Origin: an uncultured Bacteroidota bacterium
GTDB lineage: Bacteria > Bacteroidota > Bacteroidia > Chitinophagales > LD1
Assembly (NCBI GenBank): GCA_903917755.1
Contig: CAIXBT010000167.1
Coordinates: 1 to 48,332, forward strand
Length of the DNA stretch: 48,332 bases
Reading direction: 5' to 3'
This document shows, piece by piece, positions 38,127 to 47,866 of this stretch. The notes under the pieces were generated by a model. That model had not been told where the DNA came from and searched no databases. It saw only the letters and a list, made by a program, of their open reading frames with translations. Position numbers and translations under genes: made by a program. The stretch's first letter is position 1. Each line of letters starts with the position of its first letter.

Positions 38127-39851
38127 ATGACCGCATCCGGATATTCACAAAAAGACCTTTTTCTCACTCTAGCTGTTACTTTATTGTGTTTTGGCCTGAC
38201 CTATCTTTTTTTGGGTTTCTACTACGTGGAATATGAAGGGTTACATGACAGCTTTTATAGTGGAAAACTAAGTCCGGGAATCCCTTTTCGGTCGCTCCAT
38301 TTTTTGGCCAATATGGGTACATCTCATTTTTATTCTTACTTGTATGAGAAATTTCCAAACATCGAATGGATATCCTGGATATTCTACTCATGCCTTTTTG
38401 TAGCTTCCTTTATTGGTCTTTATATAGTGGCAGAATTATTACGCCCCACAAGATCTCTAACTACTATTATCTTAGTACAGATTGGAGTTTACTTTTTGAT
38501 TTTTGCCGATCATAATATTCATTTCATCTACACTAGGGTGTCATATATGAGTTGCGGGCTTTCGCTTATTGCGTTGATCGTATTTTTTGATTCTCCTAAA
38601 GTCATTAAGTCCCACCCTTGGTTATTCTTATTCCTTAACCTTTTCTTTACCCTTGGGACATTGACAAGGGTGGAATCTGCTGCCGCCTCTATATCTCTCT
38701 TGCTGTTTTGGGTTGTTTTTTATCTGCAAAATATCAGGCAATTAATAAGGCTTTTTTTATACCCCATACTTTTGGTTGGTTCACTCATCATAGCCATCTC
38801 ATATGACATTAAAACCTCCAAAGAATTCTATAAACAGATCGAGCCGGATATAGAAGTTCAATACTGTGAAAGAGAAAATTCAATCCCTCTTTCTTCAATG
38901 AAAACACATCGGGACAGCGTGCTATACAATGCCGCATTGAGTATAATGTGGTCAGACCCTCGCATAATGACACCCACATATCTGCGCTCGCTGATACGGT
39001 CAGAAAAGCTAATTTATACAGATGCTTATCAATGGAGCAGAACATACAGAAATATATCTGATACTATTTTAGAGAATTGGCAGATCGTTTTGCTGTGTTT
39101 ATTTTTGACATTTGCTGTATATCTACAATATGATTTTAGGAGATCAAAACTCAGGATCTTAAGTTGGCTGGCCTTTGAGTGCTCATTTTGGGTGCTTATC
39201 ACTATGCAGACATATACATTCAAAATAGTCGACCGTTCTTTTCTACCCTTTATGAGCTTATTCATGCTGTGCCATATTATAATATTGATCCGGCATATGA
39301 AACCTCAATTTTCTCTTTTGCTTTATCCTATTTATTTTTTCTGCACTATTCTGTTCTTTGTTTGTATTTATGATATTAAAGTCGAATCCATCATTTTGAA
39401 ACGGGATCTGTCAAAATATCAGGACAACACTAAAACAATTCAAAAACTAGCATCCAATCACTATTTGGTTCTCAACTCTTCTTCTTGTGATTTCTTATTT
39501 CTAAGCAACACCCCTTTTCATCCTTTTGACTTTTCAAATTATAAAAAGGTATACATCACTGACGGGTATAATATTCCATTTCTCCCATACTATAGAAAGT
39601 ATCTGGAAAAAGAATGCCATTGCAATATGTATGACTATCCCAGCTTCTGGAATTATTTGAGGACAGTGCACAGTGATGTAATTATCGTTTCGGAAGCCAG
39701 AAGAATGGACATAACAACCAACTATCTGCAAGAAATACATCACTATATATTACCAGTTAAGGAAGACTCATCAGTAGTATTAAACAAACTAGAGAAAAGC
39801 GATGCAAGAGAAAACTTTGTTGACTTGAAAGTATATCGATTGGCTGACTGA
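38127..39851 (+). CDS. Polytopic membrane protein (glycan polymerase or GT-C-like, uncertain)
   Basis: About 11 hydrophobic segments with a large central soluble loop and a soluble C-terminus; no diagnostic motif recognised. Confidence 0.45.
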   Translation: MTASGYSQKDLFLTLAVTLLCFGLTYLFLGFYYVEYEGLHDSFYSGKLSPGIPFRSLHFLANMGTSHFYSYLYEKFPNIEWISWIFYSCLFVASFIGLYIVAELLRPTRSLTTIILVQIGVYFLIFADHNIHFIYTRVSYMSCGLSLIALIVFFDSPKVIKSHPWLFLFLNLFFTLGTLTRVESAAASISLLLFWVVFYLQNIRQLIRLFLYPILLVGSLIIAISYDIKTSKEFYKQIEPDIEVQYCERENSIPLSSMKTHRDSVLYNAALSIMWSDPRIMTPTYLRSLIRSEKLIYTDAYQWSRTYRNISDTILENWQIVLLCLFLTFAVYLQYDFRRSKLRILSWLAFECSFWVLITMQTYTFKIVDRSFLPFMSLFMLCHIIILIRHMKPQFSLLLYPIYFFCTILFFVCIYDIKVESIILKRDLSKYQDNTKTIQKLASNHYLVLNSSSCDFLFLSNTPFHPFDFSNYKKVYITDGYNIPFLPYYRKYLEKECHCNMYDYPSFWNYLRTVHSDVIIVSEARRMDITTNYLQEIHHYILPVKEDSSVVLNKLEKSDARENFVDLKVYRLAD

Positions 39852-39864
39852 AGAGAGTACGCGA

Positions 39865-39872
39865 TATATTTG
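39865..39872 (+). promoter_or_regulatory. Bacteroidota-type -7 promoter element (TATATTTG)
   Basis: TAnnTTTG match upstream of the second PhyH run. Confidence 0.45.
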
Positions 39873-39946
39873 AAAACAACTTCTGAAATAATAAAATCGC
39901 ATCAAATTTATAGTTGTATAAAATAAAGTGCCTATCTTGCTATTGC

Positions 39947-40786
39947 ATGTTTAAAGACCCTGCTATAGAGCAAGAACTAACTAAGAATGGATATGTTGTT
40001 TTAGATGCACATCTAGAGAGGGAAGTCGCGCAATTGCTCACATACATTAATGAAAATTTCAACCTTTCAGGTCCTGATTTTTATTATAGCCTTTTATCAA
40101 ATTCCTATCAAAAAAACACTGAGTTACAAAAGGTGATCCGTGCCGTTCTTCACGATTTCTATGAGAGGTTTTTTGAGGATCACCGCATACTCACTCCTTC
40201 CTTTTTATCTAAACCGGCTAATACGCCTGCAGAACTATTACTTCATCAGGATTGGTGTTATACTGATGAACATGTTTTCTCTGCTTATAATATCTGGATA
40301 CCGCTGGATGATGTGACTGAAACGAATGGCGCCATGGTGTTTTTGCCGGAAAGCCATTCCTGGTTTGACAATTTGAGGTCGACCACCCTGCCCACAGCCA
40401 GGATCAGTTCTTCATATTTTCTAAGCCAAGGCATTAAGGTGATATCAATGAAAAAGGGCCAAGCGCTTATTTTTCACCCGGCTGCTTTCCATGGCTCTTG
40501 CCCTAATCTGTCTGCCCAAAGCCGTATTGTAGTGACATCGACCGTTATGCCAAAGGATGCCTCTTTTTTATACTTTCAGCAAAGTAGCAGCCCTGATGAG
40601 GTCAGTGTATTACATTTGGATGACGAGGCTTTTTTGAGAGACCTTAATCCCCTGGCAATGGGTCTTAAAACGGACTACCCTGAGATCAAACGAATAAAAT
40701 ATACCCATAAAACAATTACTGAGGATGACCTGAAAACTAAGTTTCATGCCCACAGCTTAATTTATGAAAAAGATAAACCTTTGTAA
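39947..40786 (+). CDS. PhyH-family Fe(II)/2OG dioxygenase
   Basis: NGYVV, HQDW, WIPLDD, NGAM..LPESH, FHGS, R; start probably ATG 39947. Confidence 0.88.
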   Translation: MFKDPAIEQELTKNGYVVLDAHLEREVAQLLTYINENFNLSGPDFYYSLLSNSYQKNTELQKVIRAVLHDFYERFFEDHRILTPSFLSKPANTPAELLLHQDWCYTDEHVFSAYNIWIPLDDVTETNGAMVFLPESHSWFDNLRSTTLPTARISSSYFLSQGIKVISMKKGQALIFHPAAFHGSCPNLSAQSRIVVTSTVMPKDASFLYFQQSSSPDEVSVLHLDDEAFLRDLNPLAMGLKTDYPEIKRIKYTHKTITEDDLKTKFHAHSLIYEKDKPL

Positions 40787-40868
40787 TTTTTCGGATGATA
40801 TTAAATATTGAAATTCTGCTAATTTTTGACTCTAAATCAATGCCTGTGATATTAATAAATGTGCCAGT

Positions 40869-41768
40869 ATGAATAAGATACCTGCGATCTTTATAGATAA
40901 AGAACTTCAATCTTCTTTTGAAAAGGATGGATTTGTCAAGATACCCCTACTGAATGAAGAGCAGGTAAATGAACTGACAACGCTTTTTGATGACACTTAC
41001 GGAGAACATGCTACGGTTACTACATTTCATCATACCACTACTGACACTCAAAATCCCGATCTGATATATCGTGTTGATACCCAGATCAAATCTGTTTTCT
41101 CGTCCTCATTAGAAAAGTTTCTTACTGATTTTAAGCCTTTGGTAGGGTGCTTCCATATTAAGGAGGTTGGGCTCAAGTCTGAGACCGGCATTCATCAAGA
41201 TCCAACTTTCGTCGATGAATCAAAATACTGCAGTGCAAATATATGGGTAGCTCTGCATGATATAGATGAAAGAAACGGAAACCTATTCTTTATTAAGGGC
41301 TCTAACCATGTAGTACCTGCACTTCGGGTAACCCCAAGATCACCCAACTACTTCGACGATTTTCAGGATATATTGCCTGCCTTGGCGGTGCATGTGCCAT
41401 TAAAAAAAGGAGAAGCCGTTATTTTTAATAATGCCACTATCCACGGTGCCACAAAAAATCTCTCAGATAAAGTTAGGCTCGCTTCGACACTATTAATTTG
41501 TTCAGCGCCGGCTGACTGGTTATTGTATTATCAGGATGAAAATACGCCCTCAGGCAAAATAGAGGAATACAAATTAGATCTGGATGCCTTTGTAACCATG
41601 CCAAAAGATGGAAGACCCGTCAGCAGGTCATTCAATCAATATATTACAACAAAATTTCCTAAGATTTCAAAGGAATATTTTCTCCGAAAAATAAAAATGG
41701 GGGAGGATCAGAATGATAGCTACCTTCAAAAGGTAATTAATGTTTTTAGAATGAAAAGCTCGCGATGA
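40869..41768 (+). CDS. PhyH-family Fe(II)/2OG dioxygenase
   Basis: FEKDGF, HQDP, WVALHD, KGSN, IHGA, R. Confidence 0.88.
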   Translation: MNKIPAIFIDKELQSSFEKDGFVKIPLLNEEQVNELTTLFDDTYGEHATVTTFHHTTTDTQNPDLIYRVDTQIKSVFSSSLEKFLTDFKPLVGCFHIKEVGLKSETGIHQDPTFVDESKYCSANIWVALHDIDERNGNLFFIKGSNHVVPALRVTPRSPNYFDDFQDILPALAVHVPLKKGEAVIFNNATIHGATKNLSDKVRLASTLLICSAPADWLLYYQDENTPSGKIEEYKLDLDAFVTMPKDGRPVSRSFNQYITTKFPKISKEYFLRKIKMGEDQNDSYLQKVINVFRMKSSR

Positions 41769-41830
41769 AAAAGATCCAAGAGCAAATCGGTCTGGCCATA
41801 TTTTGAGTGCCATCTTAAAGAAAGTAAAAA

Positions 41831-42709
41831 ATGAAAGCACTTTTTAGTTCAGATGAACTGCAAAAAAAATTTGAAGCAGATGGCTATGTGCAAATACCTT
41901 TGCTAACTCAGGCAGAGGTATATGAGCTAATGACTGAATACAAAGCAGTGTCTGAGGCGCATGAAAAAATTAATATCCCCTATATCACTACCAGCCACTC
42001 CAATAATGCAGAATTGATCCATCATGTAGATGCTGTATTACAAAAGGTAATAGCTCCCGCTGTCGATAAATATTTGAAAAACTATAACCTGCTGTTCGGC
42101 AACTATCTCGTCAAAATGCCCGGCAACGGATCAGAGACAATGCCACATCAGGATATTACATTTGTCGATGAATCTCAGTATGCCTCAGTCAATATATGGG
42201 TAGCCCTGCAGGACACCAATGAGGAAAACGGATGTATGTATTTTCTGAAAGGCAGTCATAATCTGATGCCGACGCTAAGACCGACACATGATTATCCATG
42301 GGTATATTCGAATGTGATCGATGATATAAAAAGGAGGTCCGAAAAATACCCTGCCAAAGCGGGAGATGCCTTTATTTTCAATCATGCTGTGATCCATGGC
42401 TCATATCCCAACAACACCAATCTGCCCAGAATAGCAGCTGTCATCGCAGGGTATCACAGCGATGCTCCACTACTGCACTATTATCTTCCGGTGGGAGAGT
42501 CTAATAAAGTGGAAAAATATAGCATGACCAAGGAGGCCTATCTTCATTTTAAAAAGGGGCAACCTCCTGCCAAAGGAGTTCTTTTAGGTGAAATAAATTA
42601 TGATTTTTATCAAATAGACAAAAAAGAATTTAAATTACTTTTAAGAAATAATTCAAACCGGAATTCAATACTGAATTCCGTATCCGATTTTTTTAAAAAA
42701 CTGATATAG
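41831..42709 (+). CDS. PhyH-family Fe(II)/2OG dioxygenase
   Basis: FEADGY, HQDI, WVALQD, NGCM..LKGSH, IHGS, R. Confidence 0.88.
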   Translation: MKALFSSDELQKKFEADGYVQIPLLTQAEVYELMTEYKAVSEAHEKINIPYITTSHSNNAELIHHVDAVLQKVIAPAVDKYLKNYNLLFGNYLVKMPGNGSETMPHQDITFVDESQYASVNIWVALQDTNEENGCMYFLKGSHNLMPTLRPTHDYPWVYSNVIDDIKRRSEKYPAKAGDAFIFNHAVIHGSYPNNTNLPRIAAVIAGYHSDAPLLHYYLPVGESNKVEKYSMTKEAYLHFKKGQPPAKGVLLGEINYDFYQIDKKEFKLLLRNNSNRNSILNSVSDFFKKLI

Positions 42710-42716
42710 TAACGAT

Positions 42717-43640
42717 ATGGCTAAGCCAAGAGTATTTCGTGATGAAAAGTTGCAAAGCGAATTTAATGAAAATGGCTTTGTCAAATTTAAGCTGCTGTCT
42801 GAAGCGCAAATACACCGTATTGATGACTTTTATCTTAAAACACAGGAACAGCATGAAATCGTTATTGATAAGAAAAAATTTCACGCTACTAATGATACTG
42901 ATAATCCTGAATTGATAGCCAAGGCTGATAGTTTTATCAAAGAAGTGATGGGTGAAGAGATCGACAAGCATTTTTTCAATTATAAAACGATCGCCGCAAG
43001 TTATCTGGTTAAACAACCCTCAGATGCTTCAGGGCTGGGCCCCCATCAAGACCTCCGTTTTGTCGATGAAGAAAAGTTCTACTCGTTTAATATCTGGATA
43101 GCCACAGAAGCCACAAATAAAACCAATGGTTGTCTCCGGTTTCTAAAGGGCAGTCACAAATTATATGATACTATTCGTCCTTTACCGACTTATCCCTGGA
43201 AGTATAAAAGCGTAGCATCTATCATCCCCGATTATTTTACAGATGTTCCTACCGAGAAAGGTGAATGTATTATACTCAATCATGCCTGCATACATGCATC
43301 CTATCCGAATCTATCAGACCACACGAGAGTAGCGGCCATTGTAGCTATGATACCGCAGGAAGCGGACATTCTGCATTATTTTCTGCCCGAAAGCGATCCC
43401 AAAAATAAGGTAGAAAAATATAGCATGACACTAGATGATTTTATTAATCTAAAAGGAGGCCAAAGGCCGGAAAATGCCAAATTGATAGATAGCTTTGATT
43501 TTGATTTTTCTCCCATCGAGGTTGACCCATTTGTTAAATGGCTACAACAAAATAACCCCGATAAGAAGCCGGGGCCGGCAGCCAATAATGGATCTGAATC
43601 TCTGGGCAGAAAATTGTTGTCCTTATTTAAGAAAAAGTAA
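42717..43640 (+). CDS. PhyH-family Fe(II)/2OG dioxygenase
   Basis: FNENGF, HQDL, NGCL..LKGSH, IHAS, R. Confidence 0.88.
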   Translation: MAKPRVFRDEKLQSEFNENGFVKFKLLSEAQIHRIDDFYLKTQEQHEIVIDKKKFHATNDTDNPELIAKADSFIKEVMGEEIDKHFFNYKTIAASYLVKQPSDASGLGPHQDLRFVDEEKFYSFNIWIATEATNKTNGCLRFLKGSHKLYDTIRPLPTYPWKYKSVASIIPDYFTDVPTEKGECIILNHACIHASYPNLSDHTRVAAIVAMIPQEADILHYFLPESDPKNKVEKYSMTLDDFINLKGGQRPENAKLIDSFDFDFSPIEVDPFVKWLQQNNPDKKPGPAANNGSESLGRKLLSLFKKK

Positions 43641-43707
43641 TACCACTGCCTAAAAAGGATGGCCATTATATTATATGATTTATTATCTTAGAGTCAATGA
43701 ATAGCAC

Positions 43708-44589
43708 ATGCAAACAATAGAAGAGACCACTACGATTTCAGGGGAAAATATTTTTTTTAATTTTATTGAAGTCCCCTTTGACAAACTCTCAGAATCGGGA
43801 GACCTTATCAAAAAAATTAAGGATGGAGAAGTCCATGGGTTTGTATTGAAAAACCTTTTTACCCAACAGGAGATCACCGATCTGCTCGCTGCGATCGAAA
43901 AGCCACTTGAAGAAAAGGCAATGCCCACTCCATCCGGTAAAATGTTTCCTGCTCCATTTGCCATAGTCACTAATGCTACTGAGCGACTGGATGCTTATTA
44001 TGAATCTATTGACACTATCCATGAGCTGATGGACCGTGAACCGATCGTGCAAATGGTCCGCGACAGAATTGAATCCTTTTTTAAGGCCGTAGGAAGTAAT
44101 TACAAAGTAAGTGTGCCCATCAATAAAGAAAAAGGTCTTCCTGTGTCTGAGGGCTGCTTCAGGGTGTTCTTTAAAGACAAAGGAGGGCTGTTCGTACATT
44201 GCGGAAACCTCTTTCAAAAACAATCTGAATATTACTATTCCCTGTTGGATCATGACATTGATATGAGTGACCAGCTTAGTTTTTTCTTCTGCCTGCAGAA
44301 TACCGAAGTAGGGGGCGAACTGACGATCTATGACATGCTTTGGAAAGATGTAAAAAACAAAGTCACCCCTGACGAAAACAATTCTGTGATAGCTGACACC
44401 GGAGAGACTATCTATCTCAAGGATCTGCCCCAGTTTACTGTAAAACCACTGCCGGGAGATATACTCGTCTTTTCAGGAGGGCCTATCTGGCACCGTGTAG
44501 AAAACATAAAAGGTGATACCGCCCGTATCACATACGGTGGTTTTGTCAATTTCTCAAAAGATGGAAAAGAAGTTTTTTACTGGTCCTGA
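43708..44589 (+). CDS. WelO5/AmbO5-like carrier-protein-independent Fe(II)/2OG halogenase candidate
   Basis: H164-C-G166 (HxG, no carboxylate ligand), distal H262, R273; SDQLS, GGEL..Y, PGD.L.F.GG...HRV and R.T.GGF..FSK.....YWS match WelO5 motifs as I recall them. Confidence 0.78.
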   Translation: MQTIEETTTISGENIFFNFIEVPFDKLSESGDLIKKIKDGEVHGFVLKNLFTQQEITDLLAAIEKPLEEKAMPTPSGKMFPAPFAIVTNATERLDAYYESIDTIHELMDREPIVQMVRDRIESFFKAVGSNYKVSVPINKEKGLPVSEGCFRVFFKDKGGLFVHCGNLFQKQSEYYYSLLDHDIDMSDQLSFFFCLQNTEVGGELTIYDMLWKDVKNKVTPDENNSVIADTGETIYLKDLPQFTVKPLPGDILVFSGGPIWHRVENIKGDTARITYGGFVNFSKDGKEVFYWS

Positions 44590-44601
44590 GAATTGAAATA
44601 T

Positions 44602-46317
44602 TTATCCTGATATCGAGGGCAATAACGAGAGATTTGTTTCGATCAGTTTGTAATCGATCCCGTCATATACATTTGGCATTTCTCCGACCTTAGTTGCCCG
44701 GTTTATCAGTTCATTGTTGTTTGTCCACTCGTCCTTCAGATAGTAATCACTATCTTCTTTATAAATACTGACCAGCGCCTTTTCTTCATTTTCGCATACG
44801 AAACTGTAGTAATCAGATTTAGTGTGTGTCAGCCTTATACAGAAGCATATACGATCTTCATCAGTCTGATTTGGTAGAGCATCATGTATCAGCCTTAGAT
44901 CAAAAAGTACCGCCTGCCCTGCTTTAAGGTTGAAAATCTTTTTCCTCCTGACAAACTCAGGTATAAGTGATATATATGGCCATTTCAGCCCATTGACAAA
45001 CATGACATGCGAAAATTTATGGCTTTTCTCGATCGCACATAGGGCACCATTTTTTTCATTGACATCGATCAAAGGACACCATATACCATAATGCGGTTCC
45101 AAATGCGTGTTTAGTAATAAGGATGTGTCATTATGCCAGGTGAGATTGCCTTCTGATTTTGCATATTTAGTAAAAAAGCTGGCAATCGGTGTCAGGTAAT
45201 CATTAAAATACTTGTCCAAAGCCGGTCTCGCTGTCCCTATAATGAAATCATGTATATATCTTTTGGTAGCAGGTGTGGTATGCTCCATAGGAGTAAATCT
45301 GCCGATAGAGGTATGAGAAGAACTGAACAGTTTGATATATTCTGCTTTCAAAGCAGCTACTTCCTTGTCATTTAGCAAATCTATAACGACAAAACCATCA
45401 CGATACATTTTTTTCTCCAGGTCACCATCTCGCAGCAAGTGCAATTGTATCGGTTCAAAACCTTTTTCATCGGTGCCAAAATATGCTTTGAATTTCTGCA
45501 CCAGATCGATCGATGTGAGTTTTGAATTATCGATCAGATTAATGGCTTGCTCTGCTTTGCTTATAGGATTCACTGGCGCGCCACCCTTCTCTAAGCTGCC
45601 CAGTGAACTTAAAAAAATGGCCGGATCAATGGTATATACATCGGTCTTATTTTCCTTTGTGTTTTTTTGAAAATATTGAAGCGGAGCGTTTTTTTGATAA
45701 ATACTCACGATAGCAGAAACTCTATTTTGTCCCGACAGATTAGGATATGAGGCATGAAAAAGCGAATTGTGATATACTAGTACATCTCCCGGTGGGATGA
45801 TCATATCAGCCACATACGGCTTAACGGTCTCATCGGTGTTTATCATAGGCATATCATAGGTCCCGGAACGCAAGTTCTGAAAAAAATGATGGCTGCCGGG
45901 CAATACGATCATTCCTCCATTGGCGGGGTAGGATAGCTCCAATGGGATCCATATTTGATAACTCGTGTATTGATCTTCATCCACTATATTCCAGTCCTGA
46001 TGCAGCGGGAGTTCTCTGCTCGTATTTGCTCCCTTGACCATAAATCCTGATATAAAAAAATCAAAGTTTTCAAATGTCCTGGTCAGAGAAGGCATTAATA
46101 TATCCTTGATCTTATTGCGGATCAATAGGCTCTCCTCCGGTGAGGTTCTGCTATGACTGGCAGCTACTCCTGATACATTCTTCTCAAGCACAAACTGCTC
46201 ATATACCGACCCAATGCTTTTTATTTGCTCCGCATTAAGAAGTGGGATCATGCAAAAGCCAAGTTCATCCAGAGCTTTTGCATAGTCCTTGTCAATAATC
46301 AGTGAATCCTTGGCCAT
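44602..46317 (-). CDS. Tandem two-domain PhyH-family Fe(II)/2OG dioxygenase
   Basis: Domain 1 HQDW..PGSH..FHAS..R; domain 2 RDGF..HNDT..KSH..IHDA..R. Confidence 0.88.
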   Translation of the reverse strand: MAKDSLIIDKDYAKALDELGFCMIPLLNAEQIKSIGSVYEQFVLEKNVSGVAASHSRTSPEESLLIRNKIKDILMPSLTRTFENFDFFISGFMVKGANTSRELPLHQDWNIVDEDQYTSYQIWIPLELSYPANGGMIVLPGSHHFFQNLRSGTYDMPMINTDETVKPYVADMIIPPGDVLVYHNSLFHASYPNLSGQNRVSAIVSIYQKNAPLQYFQKNTKENKTDVYTIDPAIFLSSLGSLEKGGAPVNPISKAEQAINLIDNSKLTSIDLVQKFKAYFGTDEKGFEPIQLHLLRDGDLEKKMYRDGFVVIDLLNDKEVAALKAEYIKLFSSSHTSIGRFTPMEHTTPATKRYIHDFIIGTARPALDKYFNDYLTPIASFFTKYAKSEGNLTWHNDTSLLLNTHLEPHYGIWCPLIDVNEKNGALCAIEKSHKFSHVMFVNGLKWPYISLIPEFVRRKKIFNLKAGQAVLFDLRLIHDALPNQTDEDRICFCIRLTHTKSDYYSFVCENEEKALVSIYKEDSDYYLKDEWTNNNELINRATKVGEMPNVYDGIDYKLIETNLSLLPSISG

Positions 46318-46566
46318 ATATCTTACTATATAATTTTAATATTCTCTATGATGATATACAGAGGTATTAGTAATACATAGTTACGTCAATTTTTTCGAAA
46401 ACAGGAAGTGATTTTTGGTAGTAAATGCATAAAATAGGAATTGTGATTGGCTTTTGATACAAATACATGGGTCCATTTTCATTTTTCATTGAGAATGTCA
46501 TTTTATAGACCAAATCCAATGATTGTTCCATATTTGTAGAAGGTAAGATCATTAACTTCTTAAAAG

Positions 46567-47865
46567 ATGAAACCAGAGAGTGAAATAGCCATTGAAATTA
46601 AACACCTGTCAAAGGAATTTCACATTGTGAAGAATAAGGAGACTGAAGGCAACCAGGGCCAGCCTTTTTATGCTTTGCGTGATATTTCATTTACGCTCTA
46701 CAAAGGTGATGTCATCGGCATCATAGGAAGTAATGGCTCAGGCAAAACAACCCTTTTAAAGATACTCAGTCAGATCACTAAACCTACTTCCGGAGAAGCT
46801 CATTTTTATGGTACAGTGACCTCCATTTTGGATATAGGTAGCAATTTTCACCCAGACCTGAGTGGACGGGAGAATGTGTCGATGCAACTAAAATTAGCCG
46901 GGGCTCAGAAGAGTGAATTTGATGCCTTCTATAATAAAATAAAGGAGTTCAGCGAGGTCGGTGACTTTTTTGATCAGCCATTAAAATTTTATTCAAGTGG
47001 GATGTTTTTGAGATTAGCTTTTTCAATAGCATTTCATTTATCCTCAGATATCTTGATACTGGATGAGGTGCTCTCGGTGGGAGATGAGGGCTTCAGGCTG
47101 AAATGTCAGGAATTATTAAAGCTTTTTACCGAGATGGGAAAGACGATCCTGTTTGTATCGCACAACAGGATGGAAATACTTGAACTAAGCAATAAGTGCA
47201 TCTGGCTTGAAAAAGGAGAGATCAAGAGGATCGGTTCTCCATCTATGGTCCTGGGTGAGTATTTTACCATGCATCGTGACAACTATGATGGCAAAAAAAT
47301 AATCATTGATATCGAAGCAAATAACGGTGATAACCAGAATAGTAGTCTGGGTTTAATAGATCTGTCCTGGTCCGAAGAGGACGCACCGGGAAATGATATT
47401 TTATCCATTCGGAGTGTATCTGTGAAGCCATCCATGCTTAATGACAGGATCTATCATAACGACTCCATCTCTATGAAATTTGTGATCCACAAAAAAAAGA
47501 AAGGTATTAATATCGGGCCTTTCTTCTTTTTGCAAGATGTCTTTTATCAGCCTGTACTCGTCGGGCATTTCTTAAATAATACCACTGATCAGAACCTGAG
47601 TAGTCTGATAAAAAATGAAACCGGCCTGATCGAGATCAACTGCTCCATACCAGCGGGATTTCTCTTTCCCGGCAAATACTATTTACTGCTACGGTTTGGA
47701 ATGGAAGAAAATGAATGGAACACTGAATCACAGGAGGCATTCAGGTTCTCCGAGAAGCTTCATTTCATAGTGCATGCTGAACCCGGCCATACCGATTTCA
47801 TCGGGGATATGAGCAAAGGATCTGTAAGACCGGCATTGGACTGGGAAATAAAAAAACACCTATAG
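46567..47865 (+). CDS. wzt: ABC polysaccharide exporter ATP-binding subunit with C-terminal (Wzt-C-like) domain
   Basis: Walker A GSNGSGKTT, FHPDLSGREN, signature YSSGM..RLAF, Walker B ILILDE, VSH; about 170-aa beta-rich C-terminal extension (PG.Y). Confidence 0.9.
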   Translation: MKPESEIAIEIKHLSKEFHIVKNKETEGNQGQPFYALRDISFTLYKGDVIGIIGSNGSGKTTLLKILSQITKPTSGEAHFYGTVTSILDIGSNFHPDLSGRENVSMQLKLAGAQKSEFDAFYNKIKEFSEVGDFFDQPLKFYSSGMFLRLAFSIAFHLSSDILILDEVLSVGDEGFRLKCQELLKLFTEMGKTILFVSHNRMEILELSNKCIWLEKGEIKRIGSPSMVLGEYFTMHRDNYDGKKIIIDIEANNGDNQNSSLGLIDLSWSEEDAPGNDILSIRSVSVKPSMLNDRIYHNDSISMKFVIHKKKKGINIGPFFFLQDVFYQPVLVGHFLNNTTDQNLSSLIKNETGLIEINCSIPAGFLFPGKYYLLLRFGMEENEWNTESQEAFRFSEKLHFIVHAEPGHTDFIGDMSKGSVRPALDWEIKKHL

Positions 47866-47866
47866 G

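Noticed and set aside
32-46552. Dozens of 60-150 aa ORFs overlapping the long genes on the opposite strand or in other frames, including 32..295, 27555..27743 and 46367..46552
   Set aside because: Mostly shadow ORFs of well-supported genes (46367..46552 is intergenic); none has a recognisable motif or plausible start
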